DNA of 64,000 bases from an uncultured Chthonomonadaceae bacterium (GCA_963817895.1 CAWFQB010000014.1:352001-416000), one strand, 5' to 3'; counted from the stretch's first letter, positions 19,698-31,764 are shown. Made by a program: numbers and translations. Notes: a model not told the origin generated them from the sequence alone.

Positions 19698-21872
19698 ATG
19701 CTTTTCACGCCCGTAACATCTTTGCCGGAAAACGACAGGCAGGTAAAACGAAGCCGCCGTATCCTTCTTCAAATTGCGCTGATGTGCGGCTTTCTTGTTA
19801 TATATCTTCTGATGGGAGCCTCTGCGGCGATGAAAACTTCTAAAACGGTTACGCTGCAATCCCTGCTGGCGGAACTCACGGACAGGGAGGCGGTTGCCCG
19901 GTGGCCGCAGCCGGAATATACGTGTTATGAAGCCAGCAGTTACGACCGCAGCCGCATCGCGCCCGACAAACCCGGCTGGTTCGCCAACAACGACCACTCG
20001 CAATTTATCCGCGTGGAAGAGCGGGCGGGGCGGCGCGAACAGGTGATGCTGGATGTGGACGGGCCGGGCGCGATTGTTCGGTTCTGGCTGACGAGCAACG
20101 ACAAACGGAATGGAAACCTGCGCGTGTATCTGGATGGCAACGAGCAGCCCACGCTTGTTTTTGCCTCCTATGACCTGATGTACAGCAGACTGGCGGCAAG
20201 CCCTCTTCTGCATCCGCATCCGAGCTACAACCCTTCTGGTGGGGGCGGCAGTACCCTGTACCTGCCCATCCCCTACGCCCGCCATTGCAAAGTTACCTGG
20301 GAGGAAACCGACCCCAAAAACATTGGCCCGCGCTACTATCAGATCAACTATCGAACCTACGCCCCCGGAACTCCGGTACAGACCTTCACTCACCTTATTC
20401 TGGAAACGGCGCAAACAGCTATCGCCCGCGCCAACAACCTTCTGCTGCGTCCCGACCTGAAAAATACCCCGTCGGACAGCGATAAAACGCTTTCCAACAG
20501 CAATACCCTGACGCTTGACAAAACCATAGCGGGCGGGAGTGAAGCCACTCTGGAATTGCCGTCAGGGGCGCAGGCGGTCCGGCAACTGGAAATGCGGTTC
20601 ACGATTGGCTCAGAAATAGAAAATGCGGATACGGGCGACCCACAAGTGGAGCGCGAACGGGAACAGGCGTTACGCGCCATGATACTGCGTATCCGTTTTG
20701 ATGGCGAAGAAACCGTCTGGTGTCCCGTCAGCGATTTCGCCGGGGTTGGCGTGGGGACGCGCCCCCTTCAAAGCTGGTATCGGAGCGTGGACGATGCGGG
20801 CAAAATAACATGCCGGTGGGTGATGCCCTATTCCCGTTCCGCGCAGATAACGCTTGCTAATATGGGAACAAAGCCCGCTCGGGCGCAATTAGGGGTGACA
20901 GTGGGCAAATGGAAGTGGGACGCGCGTTCCATGCTGTTTCACGCAGGTTGGCGGCAGCAGGCGCAGGTTCCGACCAAGCCCGATAGCGACTGGAACTTCC
21001 TTCGCGCCGAAGGCCGGGGCGTTTTGATTGGCGATACGCTGGCCGTGTTCAACCCCGTTCCCGCGTGGTACGGCGAAGGCAACGAAAAGATATGGGTGGA
21101 TGGCGAAGCGTTCCCTTCGCATCTCGGCACGGGAACCGAAGACTACTACAATGTTTCGTGGGCGCCCACGCCGGTCTACCAGACGCCGTTCGCGAACGGC
21201 CCCCGCGTGGATGCGCCCCGTTCCGAAGGCCATAATACCTATACCCGCAGCCGCAACCTGGACGCCATCCCCTTCCGCAAGTCCCTGCAATTCGACATGG
21301 AAATCGAACACTGGCAGGACCCGAAAATTGACATTGCCGCCACAACCTACTGGTATGCGTTTCCCCACGCGACAAGCAACCGTCTGCCCCTGCCCCAGGA
21401 AGCCCTGCGTCCCCTGTCTCAGCTTACGCTGCCCTTCCATATTGCCCGTGCTATAGAGTGTGAAACCTGTAAAGTGGTCGAAACAAATGAAGGAATGGGG
21501 GTTGAGGTACAGGACACAAGCCCGTTTCCCGGCCAGTGGAGTTGCAACGCCCATCTGCTCGGCAAGGGGCGCAAACCGGGGGATTACATAGACCTGCAAA
21601 TACCCGCGTCCATCGGTACGCATCGCCTGACGCTGTACGCCACCAAAGCCGCCGACTACGGCATCGTCCGTTTTTGGGTGAACGGGCAGCGCGTGGAAAA
21701 CGACTTCGACGGCTACGCGCCCAATGTAACCCCTTCCGGCCCCATCAGCCTCGGCGCGTTCGCTACACAAGACGGGCAGTTCATTCTCCACGTCGAAATT
21801 ACCGGAGCCAATTCCAAAGCGGTAGGAGTAAAATACCTGTTTGGCCTAGACTGTATCACGCTTACGCAATAA
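19698..21872 (+). CDS. DUF2961 / GH172-like glycoside hydrolase
   Basis: ASSYDR, GWFANND, DGPGAIVRFW, YYQINYR, WYGEGNEKIWVDGE.FPSHLGTGTEDYY, LDAIPF. Confidence 0.85.
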   Translation: MLFTPVTSLPENDRQVKRSRRILLQIALMCGFLVIYLLMGASAAMKTSKTVTLQSLLAELTDREAVARWPQPEYTCYEASSYDRSRIAPDKPGWFANNDHSQFIRVEERAGRREQVMLDVDGPGAIVRFWLTSNDKRNGNLRVYLDGNEQPTLVFASYDLMYSRLAASPLLHPHPSYNPSGGGGSTLYLPIPYARHCKVTWEETDPKNIGPRYYQINYRTYAPGTPVQTFTHLILETAQTAIARANNLLLRPDLKNTPSDSDKTLSNSNTLTLDKTIAGGSEATLELPSGAQAVRQLEMRFTIGSEIENADTGDPQVEREREQALRAMILRIRFDGEETVWCPVSDFAGVGVGTRPLQSWYRSVDDAGKITCRWVMPYSRSAQITLANMGTKPARAQLGVTVGKWKWDARSMLFHAGWRQQAQVPTKPDSDWNFLRAEGRGVLIGDTLAVFNPVPAWYGEGNEKIWVDGEAFPSHLGTGTEDYYNVSWAPTPVYQTPFANGPRVDAPRSEGHNTYTRSRNLDAIPFRKSLQFDMEIEHWQDPKIDIAATTYWYAFPHATSNRLPLPQEALRPLSQLTLPFHIARAIECETCKVVETNEGMGVEVQDTSPFPGQWSCNAHLLGKGRKPGDYIDLQIPASIGTHRLTLYATKAADYGIVRFWVNGQRVENDFDGYAPNVTPSGPISLGAFATQDGQFILHVEITGANSKAVGVKYLFGLDCITLTQ

Positions 21873-21908
21873 GTCAACAACAGGCGTATACTCATCAAGT
21901 TGAGCGAA

Positions 21909-21938
21909 GGGGTTACGTCCACTCGCGGACGTAACCCC
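21909..21938. terminator. Hairpin between convergent genes
   Basis: Perfect 12-bp stem ggggttacgtcc-actcgc-ggacgtaacccc; no clear U-tract. Confidence 0.5.
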
Positions 21939-21965
21939 AGACTGAGAGTTATTTAAGGAGAGGTT

Positions 21966-23324
21966 TTAAACTCCGGCGAGGCGGGCGTCGGCGTCTCCGA
22001 AGTGTGGCAATTGGACACCCATTCGGTCCATCAGCGACAGGTAGAGGCTGCACACTTTGCGGTTGTCATCGCCCTTGTCGCGGTAGTTCAGGACGCGCCC
22101 GGTTTGCAGCGCGCCGCCCATGCCGCCCAATGTCAGAATCGGCAGCGTGGAGTTGTCGTGGTTGGAGCCGGAGAACATGTTGGACAGCCACAGCAGGCAG
22201 GTGCTGTCCAGAACATTACCCTGTCCCTCCGGCATGGCCTGAAGTTTGCCCGCAAGGTACGCGAGATTGCTGATGTAGAACTGATTGATGCGCAGGTAAT
22301 CGTCGGAAGTGTCGTGGTGGGACGCGGGATGGTGGGAATCGCGCACGCCGAGGAACGGATAGAACAGACCGGAAAGGTCGCGGCACATCAGCATCGAAGC
22401 GATACGGGTCTTGTCGGTCTGAATCGCCAGCGCGACAACATCGCACATCAGGCGCATGTGTTCGCGAATGTCTTCCGGCAGGCCGTTTTCGGGCCGCTTC
22501 ATTGCCACGAGCGGCTTGCCCTTATCTTTGGCGCGGTCGGCGGCTTTGCCCAGGTCGCCGCGCATCCGTTGCGCGCGCTGCTCCACGTCCCTTACGCTCG
22601 TCAGGTACTCATCCAGCTTGGCGCGGTCGTCTTTGCTGATTTTACGGCGCAGGCCGCTTGCTTCCGCGCTGACGCGATCCAATACGCTCTCCATGCGCCG
22701 GTTGCCGCTGTTCTCGAACAGGCTGTCGAAAGCGAGCGAGGGGTACACTTCGCAGGGGACGGGTAAATCCGCGCTCTGCCAGGAGATGTGGGAACTATAC
22801 GCCATCGAAAAGTTCGTCTCGTGGTAGCCCGTCAGCGGCTGCTCACACGCCAGCACCAGACTCGGCTGAACCGTGTCCTGCCCCAGATGCGCGGCCAGAA
22901 CCTGATCCACGCTGATTCCGCCATGCAGCACCGCGCCCCGCGTGAGCGGCATTCCCGATAAGATGTTGCCGGTCATGCCGGGGTGGATGCCCACGCCGGT
23001 GGACGGCTTATTGAACAGCCCGTTGATGACGTTGAGTTTGGTTTTGAACGGTTCCAGGGCTTGCAGGCTTTTGCCCAGTTCCATCTGCGCGCCTTCGCCC
23101 TTCGCCCACCAGTTGTTCGGGCTGACACCCGTCCCCATAAACTGGATGACAAAGCGTTTGGGCGAGACGCTGGGCGCTTTCGCCGCTTCCGCAGCCGCTC
23201 CCCACACGGGCAGGGATTCGAGCCAGGGCAGGGCCATGACCACGCCCGCGCCCCGGAGGAAAATGCGCCGGGAAACCGGCCCGACAGGTTTTTGCGCTTC
23301 GTTGCTCTGCTCTTGGTTCGACAT
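21966..23324 (-). CDS. DUF1552 domain protein (Tat-like signal)
   Basis: SRRIFLRGAGVVMALPWLES, SVDQVLA, YSSHISW, DRAKLDEYLTSVRDVE, ALAIQTDKTR. Confidence 0.88.
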   Translation of the reverse strand: MSNQEQSNEAQKPVGPVSRRIFLRGAGVVMALPWLESLPVWGAAAEAAKAPSVSPKRFVIQFMGTGVSPNNWWAKGEGAQMELGKSLQALEPFKTKLNVINGLFNKPSTGVGIHPGMTGNILSGMPLTRGAVLHGGISVDQVLAAHLGQDTVQPSLVLACEQPLTGYHETNFSMAYSSHISWQSADLPVPCEVYPSLAFDSLFENSGNRRMESVLDRVSAEASGLRRKISKDDRAKLDEYLTSVRDVEQRAQRMRGDLGKAADRAKDKGKPLVAMKRPENGLPEDIREHMRLMCDVVALAIQTDKTRIASMLMCRDLSGLFYPFLGVRDSHHPASHHDTSDDYLRINQFYISNLAYLAGKLQAMPEGQGNVLDSTCLLWLSNMFSGSNHDNSTLPILTLGGMGGALQTGRVLNYRDKGDDNRKVCSLYLSLMDRMGVQLPHFGDADARLAGV

Positions 23325-23362
23325 AATGTATTATTCCTTGTTCAATCCCTTGCGGAGTGTGT

Positions 23363-26300
23363 TTAATTTCTGGCTAACGTAGATTGCGCGCGGCGGTTGC
23401 GAAATTGCGGGCTGGCGACAATCGCGTCTACGAGTGTGTCAAAGCGATACCCGCTCGACGCCAGTTTCTGCCGCATTTGAAGCAACAGCAGGTCGTCGGA
23501 GGGCTGGAGACTGCGTCCCAATCCGTAAGACAACAGTTTGCGGCTCAGTGTGTCAAGAAAATCGTTCTGGCGCTGACCTTTCACGAATTCCTGCAAGCCC
23601 GCCACGCCGGTTCGTTCCATGCCGCCGGGAAAGGGCGCTTTCGCGTCTACCGGCTTGCCGCCCAGGTCTTTCGTTCGGAGTTCGCCAACCGGCCCGAAGC
23701 CCTCAAAAACAAGGCCGTAGGAATCGAAACGGGCATGGCAGCCCGCGCAGGCCGGGTTTTCGCGGTGCGCGGCAAGCGCCTGCCGCAACGTCAGATTTCC
23801 CATTTTGCTCTCGTCGTTGGGCAGCGCGGGAACGTTGGGCGGCGGCGGCGGAATGGTTTCGCCTAATACGCGCTTCACCATCCAGTAGCCGCGCTTCACG
23901 GGACTGGTGCGCAGACCGGGAGAGTTTTTCGTCAGGAAAACGGCCATCGGCAGCAGCCCGCCGCGCCCGTAATGGTCGGCGTTGTCCACCCGAACCCACT
24001 CATTTCCCGCTACATTTACATCGCTCATGCCGTAGTGTCTGGCAAGCGGGGCGTTCACGAAGGTATATTTCCCGTACAGCATGTCCAGCACGGAACGGTT
24101 CTGCTGAAACTCGTCCATCAGGAAATGCAGGGGTTCCTCAAACATGGCCTCGCGCAGGTTGTCGTTGAAGCCGGGGAACCGTTCCCGGTCAACGGCGTTA
24201 TGTTCCTCGAAGCGGCGGAAGTCCAGCCAGTTGCCGCCAAATTCCAATGCCAGAGCGCGAACGCGCGGGTCTTTCAGCATCCGATGCGCCTGAGCCGTCA
24301 GCACTTCGGGACGGTGCAGATCGCCACTCGCCGCGTGAGCCAACAGTTCCTCATCCGGCATACTCGACCAGAGGAAGTAGCTCAACCGGCTCGCCAGCGC
24401 GTAATCGGGAAGCGGCTGCGAATTCGCGCTGCCGCTTGCCGCCGGGGGAGGCGCAACGGGCGGGCGCGTAAACGCGACAGTCCGCGCATGGGAAACCGCG
24501 CCAGATGTCGGCGTAAACTTGAAATCATCTGCGGACGCTTCCAGGTCCAGACGGAACAGGAATTTGGGCAACATCAGGACGCTGACAACCGAGTCGCGAA
24601 TGGCGTCCTCGTGCGTCAATTTCTCTTTTTGCCGCAACGTCTGGTAGAACGCCATCAGGTCGGACTTTTCCGAATCTGTCAGCGGGCGGCGGTACGCGCG
24701 GGCCGCGAATTCGAGCAGAGCTTTGCGGTGCATCGGTTCCGCCGCCAGCCGCGCGCGTTCGGTCGCCCGAATGTTGGTGGACACCCATTTAAAATGATCT
24801 ATGATGGCCTGCTGCGTCTGCGGTTCCGCGCCGTTTTTACGCGCTTTGGCAAGGTACAGGTCGCCCAACAGTTTGATTTTTTCGTCCGACAGAGCGTTTT
24901 TGTCTTCGGGACGCGCAAAGTTGAATTCGGGATCGTTGATTGTCCCGGCTTCCGCCCGCTCATACACGAAGAATTCTGCGTGCATGCGCTCCGGGATGAA
25001 GGCCACAATATCGAAATCCAGCCAGAGTTTGTTCAGTTCCCTGCGCCCATTGTCATCCAGAACCATCTCCATCAGGGGCGTGTCGTCGCGGAAATAGCCC
25101 ATGCTGTTGTGCAGTCCCGCTGTCAGCAGACGGCCCTTGTCGCCCGGGTCGTCCACGAACATGCGCCCTCGCTCGGCGATGTAAAACGCATCGGGAAACA
25201 CGTTACAAAACTTGTTGAAGGACGCGAGATAAGGGGCGCAGCGCCGTTTCGTCCTGCGGCACAGAAATCTCGTTATCTACCGGATCGGTGACAGTCTTTT
25301 CCGGCTGCCGACGCGCCCCGTTGCCCCGCGCGGGAATGGTATGCGTCGTGGGAACGCCGCCCACTTGCAGCATCCCGGGATTGAGCATCCGCCGGTGCGA
25401 AGCGTACTCCCGGTCTTTCCACAACACGAAACACTGGCCGCCATTGGAGAACCCGCGCGGAACCGGAAGGTTGTTGAACTTCCACGCCGCTTTCTTGCGC
25501 AGGGCTGTCACCCAATCCCGCAGAGCCACACAGCCCGCGCGAGCCGCGTCCGGCTGCGCTTTGTCCGGGGCCGGGAGGGCGCTCCATCGGGCTTGCAGGT
25601 CGGCAACCGGCCCGACTTTCTCATTGGGCGCGTTGAGGGTCGTCCATACCAGATCGAGATAGCGCGGGCTTACTTTAGAGGCTGACGCGACCGTTTGCAG
25701 CGTGGCGTTGGGCATGTTGAGCGCGGCCCGGTGGCGGTACTTCCACGCGGCCTGAAAATAGTCCGCGAAATCCGTCGGCTGCTTCTTGTAGAAATCCACG
25801 ATTCGCAGGATGCAGTATTTGTCCCGGTCGGTTTCCGCCAGAACCGGGTGGGAGGCGAACTCAAGGCCTGTGGAAGTCAGCGCCATGTTGTCGGCAATGT
25901 CTTTGGCGGCCAGCACGTACTTTTTCATCAGCGCGGGGGACAGGGTGAGCGACTCGCCGGAATTGTCGAAACCCTCCTGATTGGCGGGGTCTACGGGGAA
26001 CTCGCGGGTGGGACGCATGTTCACTCCGGTCAGGTCGCGGATGGTATAATCGTACTCGGAATTGCTCAGGCGACGCGCCAGAACCGGGCCGGGATCGCCC
26101 GCGTTGCGCTTCGCATCTGACTCTCGAGCGGCGCGTATCCAGCCGATGACCGCGCTGCGCTGCGCGTCGGTTGGCTGTTTCAACCCTGTGGGCGGCATCT
26201 GTTTCGCGGCCAGCTTGTCCAACACGAGTGACCAATGAGCGGAATCGCGCGTGACTGCCGCCATGTTCGCGTAGGAGGTGAGATCGAGCTGCGCCTGTGG

Positions 26301-26501
26301 TTTCACGCTGCTGTGGCAGGACACGCAGTAGGTTTTCAGAAAGGGCTGAATTGTGCCGGTGAACTGCTGTTCCAGCGGGGATTTCACTTTGGCGGGGGTG
26401 TCCGCGCCGGATGCGCCCGTCAGGGCAAGCGCGGCCACAAGCGCGGAGGAAGACGCCAGAAAACTGCTGGTATAAAAATTGAATTTGATCTTACGTCGCA
26501 T
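23363..26501 (-). CDS. DUF1592/DUF1588/DUF1587/DUF1585/DUF1595 protein with N-terminal cytochrome c domain; frameshift near 25220
   Basis: CVSCH, RRLSNSEYDYTIRDLTGV, GFDNSG, LASRLSYFLWSSMPD, RTSPVKRG, CAGCH. Confidence 0.88.
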
Positions 26502-26959
26502 GAAGAGTGTAACTCCTAAATCTGAACACAATTAATTTAGTATACACTCTCGGACGCGGAAAATCTCGTGATTTTCAACAGAGTTCGCGCCCTTCTAAAA
26601 AGGGTATGTAGAGACAGCGTCGAAATATTGGCAATGCAGCGCTTCCAGCCCAGTGTCTCGTTGTGTCAAATTTTTGCTAAGGAGGCGTCGTGACCTCGCG
26701 CGTGTTAAGGCGAACGAGAGTATACAGGCATCGTCTCACACCTCCCTTCCGGGCTAGTTGAGAGTGGAGAGTAACTCCGCTCCGGCAACTTCCCTCCACC
26801 TGGCTATTTAGCAGACATTATTCTGCATAGTTGTAGACAGAAGCAGCAGGGCGAAGGTTTCGTTTTTTCGCGTCGCGCGGAACTTTTTTCTGTTTTTTAC
26901 GGGATTGTTGCTGTGGCGCTGTGGGGAGAACGGAAAGAGGCGTTTGCTTACGAACGCCC

Positions 26960-27484
26960 TCACTGCCCCAACCCGCCGCCCCTGCCGATCCAATCGGTAT
27001 CAATCCCCCGCGCCATCAGCAGTTCGGAGAGTTGCCCCACATGGCCCTGTAAATGGCGCAGGTTCATAAGCTGGTGGGACAATTTGCTCATGTTTTTGTA
27101 CCAACTGAAGCCGGTTTCTGCGGAGTCGAGGTCAAGTTGGGCGACGGTGGGGTCAACAAGCGTGTCCACGAACCGGATGTATTCGTGGAGTTCACCCCTG
27201 TGGTAGATTTCGGCTTCGGCGGGCAGTTCGTAGGGTTCCACTGCAAACGGCGGCTGCCAGAGTCCGGGGTGGATGCCGTGTCTGCGTTCGGGCCAGGGCT
27301 GAAATGCCTGCTCGTTCTGGCCCAGGTACAGGTGGGTGTAGAACGCGGCGTGAAAGGCGATGCGCCAGAACGCGCGGGGGGCTTCGCCTGTGGGCCATAC
27401 GTCTTCGGGGCAATTCGCCACGCACTCCGCCAGCATTGCCAGTCCGGCGTGGTACTGCTCCATCAGCGCTTTTCGCATCTCCAT
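26960..27484 (-). CDS. DinB-family protein
   Basis: FWRIAFHAAFYTHLYL and NLRHLQGHVGQL His motifs. Confidence 0.7.
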   Translation of the reverse strand: MEMRKALMEQYHAGLAMLAECVANCPEDVWPTGEAPRAFWRIAFHAAFYTHLYLGQNEQAFQPWPERRHGIHPGLWQPPFAVEPYELPAEAEIYHRGELHEYIRFVDTLVDPTVAQLDLDSAETGFSWYKNMSKLSHQLMNLRHLQGHVGQLSELLMARGIDTDWIGRGGGLGQ

Positions 27485-27636
27485 TTCAGTTACCTTTCCG
27501 GGGCGTCAATCAACCGTCACAGAGATCAATTTCCTTGACGCTTACGGGCGACGAAGAGTTGTTATACGCGCCTAACCCATAAGCCTGTCAGGGAAACTGT
27601 CTCGTACTTTAGGTTATTTATGTGGCGTTGCAGTAG

Positions 27637-28260
27637 TCAAGCGGGATCGTTCGCCCCACTATCTGAGGTCAACTCTATCGCAGGCGGCAGGAACGATACG
27701 CGCGCATAAACGGCGGCGAGACGCAATTCGCATCCAATGGAGGGCAGTGGCAGCGTGGCTTCCAATCCTCGCGCCACAATATAGTGCCAGCCTCCATCGG
27801 AAAGGCGCGCGTAGTGTTCGACACGCGGCTCATGCTGAGAAATCAACACGTAATCCGTAAGGGATGCCAGTGTTTCATAGCAATCAAACTTCTCGATCCT
27901 ATCGGCGCGTTCCGTTGAATCGGACAGAACTTCTATAATGAGCCGTGGATTGAGCAGCGTATCGAAACCATTGGCTTCAAATGCCGGTTCCCCACAGACC
28001 ACAATCCCGTCAGGATAGTAATACTTGTTACATGCCGGGACGCGCACCCTTAAATCCGTCACAACCACGACACAGGGACCCTCTTCCAACTGGTTTCCGA
28101 TATGGCGCGATGAATTTGCGGTAATCAGATTATGCGCCCAGGATGCGCCCGCCATCGCGACGATCTGGCCGTTGTGGTACTCGTGTTTGGTCACAGCCTT
28201 ACGCTCGTACTCCAAGTATTCCTGCGGCGTGACAAACCGATTTTTCGCGAATGCGACCAT
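27637..28260 (-). CDS. Uma2-family (DUF820) endonuclease-like protein
   Basis: KHEYHNGQIVAMAGAS..HN, YYYPDGIVVC, LIIEVLSDSTE..DR..KF..Y. Confidence 0.9.
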   Translation of the reverse strand: MVAFAKNRFVTPQEYLEYERKAVTKHEYHNGQIVAMAGASWAHNLITANSSRHIGNQLEEGPCVVVVTDLRVRVPACNKYYYPDGIVVCGEPAFEANGFDTLLNPRLIIEVLSDSTERADRIEKFDCYETLASLTDYVLISQHEPRVEHYARLSDGGWHYIVARGLEATLPLPSIGCELRLAAVYARVSFLPPAIELTSDSGANDPA

Positions 28261-28455
28261 GTTTCTGCCCTCTACGCTTCATCCAGTTTCATATACGCCA
28301 GCATCTCAGCTGTGAGTATCCGCTCCAGCAGAGTATCCAAAACCCCCTCATCTCACCTTCTTTTTGCTAAGCTCAGTAACATTCCATAACCTCACCTTTC
28401 TGCATTTTATGATAGGCCATGAATGGCCTGTCTATAGAGTATGCGGCCAATCGCT

Positions 28456-30324
28456 CTACGGCCCCGGCCACAGTTGTGCTGCACGGATGAACAGTTCGCG
28501 GGAGCGATTTTGGATTGCCGTTTCATCCCAAACATCAACGAATTGAAGCTGGAAATTGAGAGGTAAAAGAGACGCCTGCATTAACGCTGCCTTCTTTACA
28601 TCCCAAGCGTTGTTTGACACGGACGAATTAAGCGCCTGTACAAGTATCGTAAGATTTCCAAATGTTTGGACAAGTGAGTTCCGATTTTTAGTCGCTATGA
28701 CTACCAAGTCCGTATCATCTGCGACCAACAAATCCCTGTCAGCAAGCCCCTTCGAACCATTCGGCAAAAGCCAATGGTTTTCCCATCGTTGCGGGAGAAT
28801 ATGTTCCACTGTCAGCGGACCAGCGATAATCAACGGCTCTGTTTTTGCGTTTAGGTACGTATCGTTCAATCGCTTTAGGATATAAACCACCTTGGGGTTG
28901 TTCAGAGTACGGTAGACATGGGTTGATTGCCACGCCATTCCAAAAGCCGCGTCTCGGGGCCATTCACCGGAATCGCCTGTAAGACCGGATAGGTATGCTG
29001 TCACATTGGTGGAGGTAACGGATTTGTCACCCAGCCACTTGATCAAGCCAAGAAATATCCTGTTGTAATTTTTTTGCGTAAGATTACAAACTGCGCGCCG
29101 AAGTACATAAGACTCCACTATTATCGCAGTCTTTTGCAGTTCGTCTGCCGCCATCCCATTGTTCAGAAGAAAGAGCAGTAATGGGTACATCGTGCTCATA
29201 TCAAAGCGATCCAAGAAAATCGCAAGGTTGTAGAGAGGATATCCTGTACGTGGCTCCAGCAGGCGACGAAAATCGTCACCCTGTCGGGCAAGCGTTTCCA
29301 ACTCCTCTCGCACACTGGTAAAGGGTTTCTTCCTTTCAATCCAGTATTTGTATTCTACGAACAGGTGTTTAATCGGGATATCAACGCCCTGCCGGCTTGC
29401 AAGAAAATGCTGCATAAACAGGTCGCTGCGAGGACGTGAAAGCCTGCCCTGCCGGACCTCTGTACGCCAAAATTCATCATCGAAGCGCGCCCAATATTGA
29501 GTATATAAGGCCTCCTGTGGTTCTCCCTGGCGCGACGCCCTTAAAAATATAAAGTTGCGAAGCAAGTCAGCGGGCAGCAACGGCTGCCCGCGCGCATTCA
29601 ATGTTTCGAAGATGACCTGCGCGTCGTCTCCCGGTTCTAAATCAACCACAACTACTTGCAGGGCGTTTTTGAGCGCCTGGAAGCACTCATTCAGCCGATC
29701 CGTTAAAGGTACATCTGAATATATAGGTGGTTCATCGGAACTTCCGATAAAGAACTCGGTAATCCGGGCATAAAAGTAAAGATAGGCTTCGACCATTTGA
29801 GGACGTGGGTCGGGTTGCCTCTTATACGGGCGGCGATGCTCTGGATATCGACTCAGAAGTTCCTCGCGGGACAAGGAGAGTACAATATCCTTAAACTGTT
29901 TCCGATCCAGTTGAGTCGGCCATACTTTGAATTGCTCAACGTCCTTGTCGGCCATCATTCCTGTGTTTAGTGCGAAACCGTCGCACTCTTTTGCCATTTC
30001 TTCATAGCTCTCAATACGACAAAAATCGCGAAACGCCGCAATGAATATCTGCAGCGTGGTTAATCTCTGCTGACCATCAATAACCTGCCGCTTTTCCACA
30101 TGACCCGTGGGACTCTGCTTCTGGTCAAGCACCATCGCGCCGAGGAAATGAACGGGAGCATCCTTGCGGCCATCGAGATATTCAGTCAATTTTCGACTAA
30201 TGTCTTCCCACAAAGGCTCCCACTGATCCACTCGATTCCAAACATATTGACGCTGAAAGAGCGGCACTTCAAGTTGGGTCTTGTTTTGAAATACCTGGAG
30301 CAACGGCAATGCCTGTGCCTTCAC
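28456..30324 (-). CDS. DUF262-DUF1524 protein (GmrSD/SspE-like nuclease)
   Basis: GTG start at 30324 after GGAGG; VPLFQRQYVW, HFLGAMV, VIDGQQRLTT, IFETLNARG, VEHILPQ...GNLT...N.S.SN (HNH-like). Confidence 0.9.
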   Translation of the reverse strand: MKAQALPLLQVFQNKTQLEVPLFQRQYVWNRVDQWEPLWEDISRKLTEYLDGRKDAPVHFLGAMVLDQKQSPTGHVEKRQVIDGQQRLTTLQIFIAAFRDFCRIESYEEMAKECDGFALNTGMMADKDVEQFKVWPTQLDRKQFKDIVLSLSREELLSRYPEHRRPYKRQPDPRPQMVEAYLYFYARITEFFIGSSDEPPIYSDVPLTDRLNECFQALKNALQVVVVDLEPGDDAQVIFETLNARGQPLLPADLLRNFIFLRASRQGEPQEALYTQYWARFDDEFWRTEVRQGRLSRPRSDLFMQHFLASRQGVDIPIKHLFVEYKYWIERKKPFTSVREELETLARQGDDFRRLLEPRTGYPLYNLAIFLDRFDMSTMYPLLLFLLNNGMAADELQKTAIIVESYVLRRAVCNLTQKNYNRIFLGLIKWLGDKSVTSTNVTAYLSGLTGDSGEWPRDAAFGMAWQSTHVYRTLNNPKVVYILKRLNDTYLNAKTEPLIIAGPLTVEHILPQRWENHWLLPNGSKGLADRDLLVADDTDLVVIATKNRNSLVQTFGNLTILVQALNSSVSNNAWDVKKAALMQASLLPLNFQLQFVDVWDETAIQNRSRELFIRAAQLWPGP

Positions 30325-30374
30325 GGTTTCACCTCCATAGAAAAAGAAAGCTACGACTTCCAACTCGTAGCGCG

Positions 30375-31268
30375 TCAGCCCTGTGAAGAGCCGCCTGCAT
30401 GATGCGGACGTTGCTGTAGCCAATCTGCCAAGTCCCGCCCGGTCAGTTCCTCCGTCGAGTTGCCCAAGCGAATGTATAGTTTATTATCCAGGTAATGGGC
30501 ACGTGAGTTTGTCGGTACATCAATGCGGCACACGGTTTTACCGTCAACAACCACAAAGTTGACTTCAAGATTGGCAGGCAGAGGCTGCATCCGGGTTTTG
30601 AGCAGAGCGTTCAGCTTTAATTCAAATCCGTCCACGTCCTGCTTTTTACCGCACAGCGTATAATCGGGTTCGATGCCGATAATGTCACCCCGATCATGCA
30701 CTCCCAACAGCAGTGTGCCGCCGCGAGAGTTCAGAAACGCGCAGATCGTTTTGAGGGCACTATGAACGACGTTTTTTTGAGTTTCAGCAATGCGCTGGCT
30801 GCGTTGCGCTTCTGGTACATTTGCAAACCCTGCGGCATCTACATATTCCAGCGATTGTTTGAACTCCACAGTCCCGCTTTCTCGCGCGGCACATATCCTG
30901 CAAATCTCCGCTTCCTGCTTCGCCATCCGCTCTTCATAAGTCGGCGTTTCAGAACCGGTGATTGGAATCTGGTGGCTGCGAGTCACAGATATTGTGGCAG
31001 GGCCATGGCTAACATCCATGCCGTTAGGCACTTCCCATCCGGTTGGCCTTCTGGCAACATCTACGGAGTTCTGGTTGAATTTATCATGGTGTTCGGGGTT
31101 TGTATGCAGTTTGTTCGCCAACGCCAAGACATTTGGAAGCTGGCTTGCGATAATAGATTGCGCTTGATCCGCAATATGGTCATAAGCTGGTGTTGGCGTA
31201 TTATCGGGCTGTCCCGACGTAGTCGCGTTCTTATCATTCGCTGGATTGGTGTTGTCTTGCACTGACAT
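30375..31268 (-). CDS. Schlafen/AlbA_2 domain protein with an unrecognised N-terminal extension
   Basis: ESGTVEFKQS, LKTICAFLNSRGGTLLLGVHDRG.I.GIE.D, LYIRLGNST. Confidence 0.85.
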   Translation of the reverse strand: MSVQDNTNPANDKNATTSGQPDNTPTPAYDHIADQAQSIIASQLPNVLALANKLHTNPEHHDKFNQNSVDVARRPTGWEVPNGMDVSHGPATISVTRSHQIPITGSETPTYEERMAKQEAEICRICAARESGTVEFKQSLEYVDAAGFANVPEAQRSQRIAETQKNVVHSALKTICAFLNSRGGTLLLGVHDRGDIIGIEPDYTLCGKKQDVDGFELKLNALLKTRMQPLPANLEVNFVVVDGKTVCRIDVPTNSRAHYLDNKLYIRLGNSTEELTGRDLADWLQQRPHHAGGSSQG

Positions 31269-31764
31269 AGTAACTTCTCCTTGCGTGAGGCCGAACGATA
31301 CTTTGATGGCCTGTACATACGTCAGTATACCCCTGTAATGACTGAATGCAAACAGATAACAAAGGCACTTGCTGACGTTGGTATAAAGCTTTCAATTCTG
31401 TGTGGCGTTCGCCTATCTCAAAGCGGCGCGAAGAAGTTTATTAATTTATGCCACGTCAGTAGTACTCAGTTGGAATGCAGATTGACGTTTGAATTAGAAA
31501 AGGTGCTTCCAATCTCAAAACGTTCAAAAACAAACTACAAGAATTCAATCCAACTGAATACGAGGGGACGTACAGGCTCATACAGGGGAGCATTTGTCAT
31601 CCTTACAAGCGGACAAGCACTTGCTTCAAAATGCACCTTTTGCGCGTCACAGGTGACAAATTCAGTTACCCTTGGCAACGTTATTTTCAGCCTCTTGACG
31701 CAGTTCCGGTTTTGGCCTATACTGTGGGAGTGTTGGTAAAAAGCAAGGCAGGAGACAGACCATC

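Noticed and set aside
26520..26960. Possible ncRNA in a long intergenic region
   Set aside because: Only short hairpins; no tRNA, riboswitch or other recognisable consensus.
31281..31739. 152-aa plus-strand ORF
   Set aside because: No RBS or motif; lies in an AT-rich divergent promoter region, so probably non-coding.
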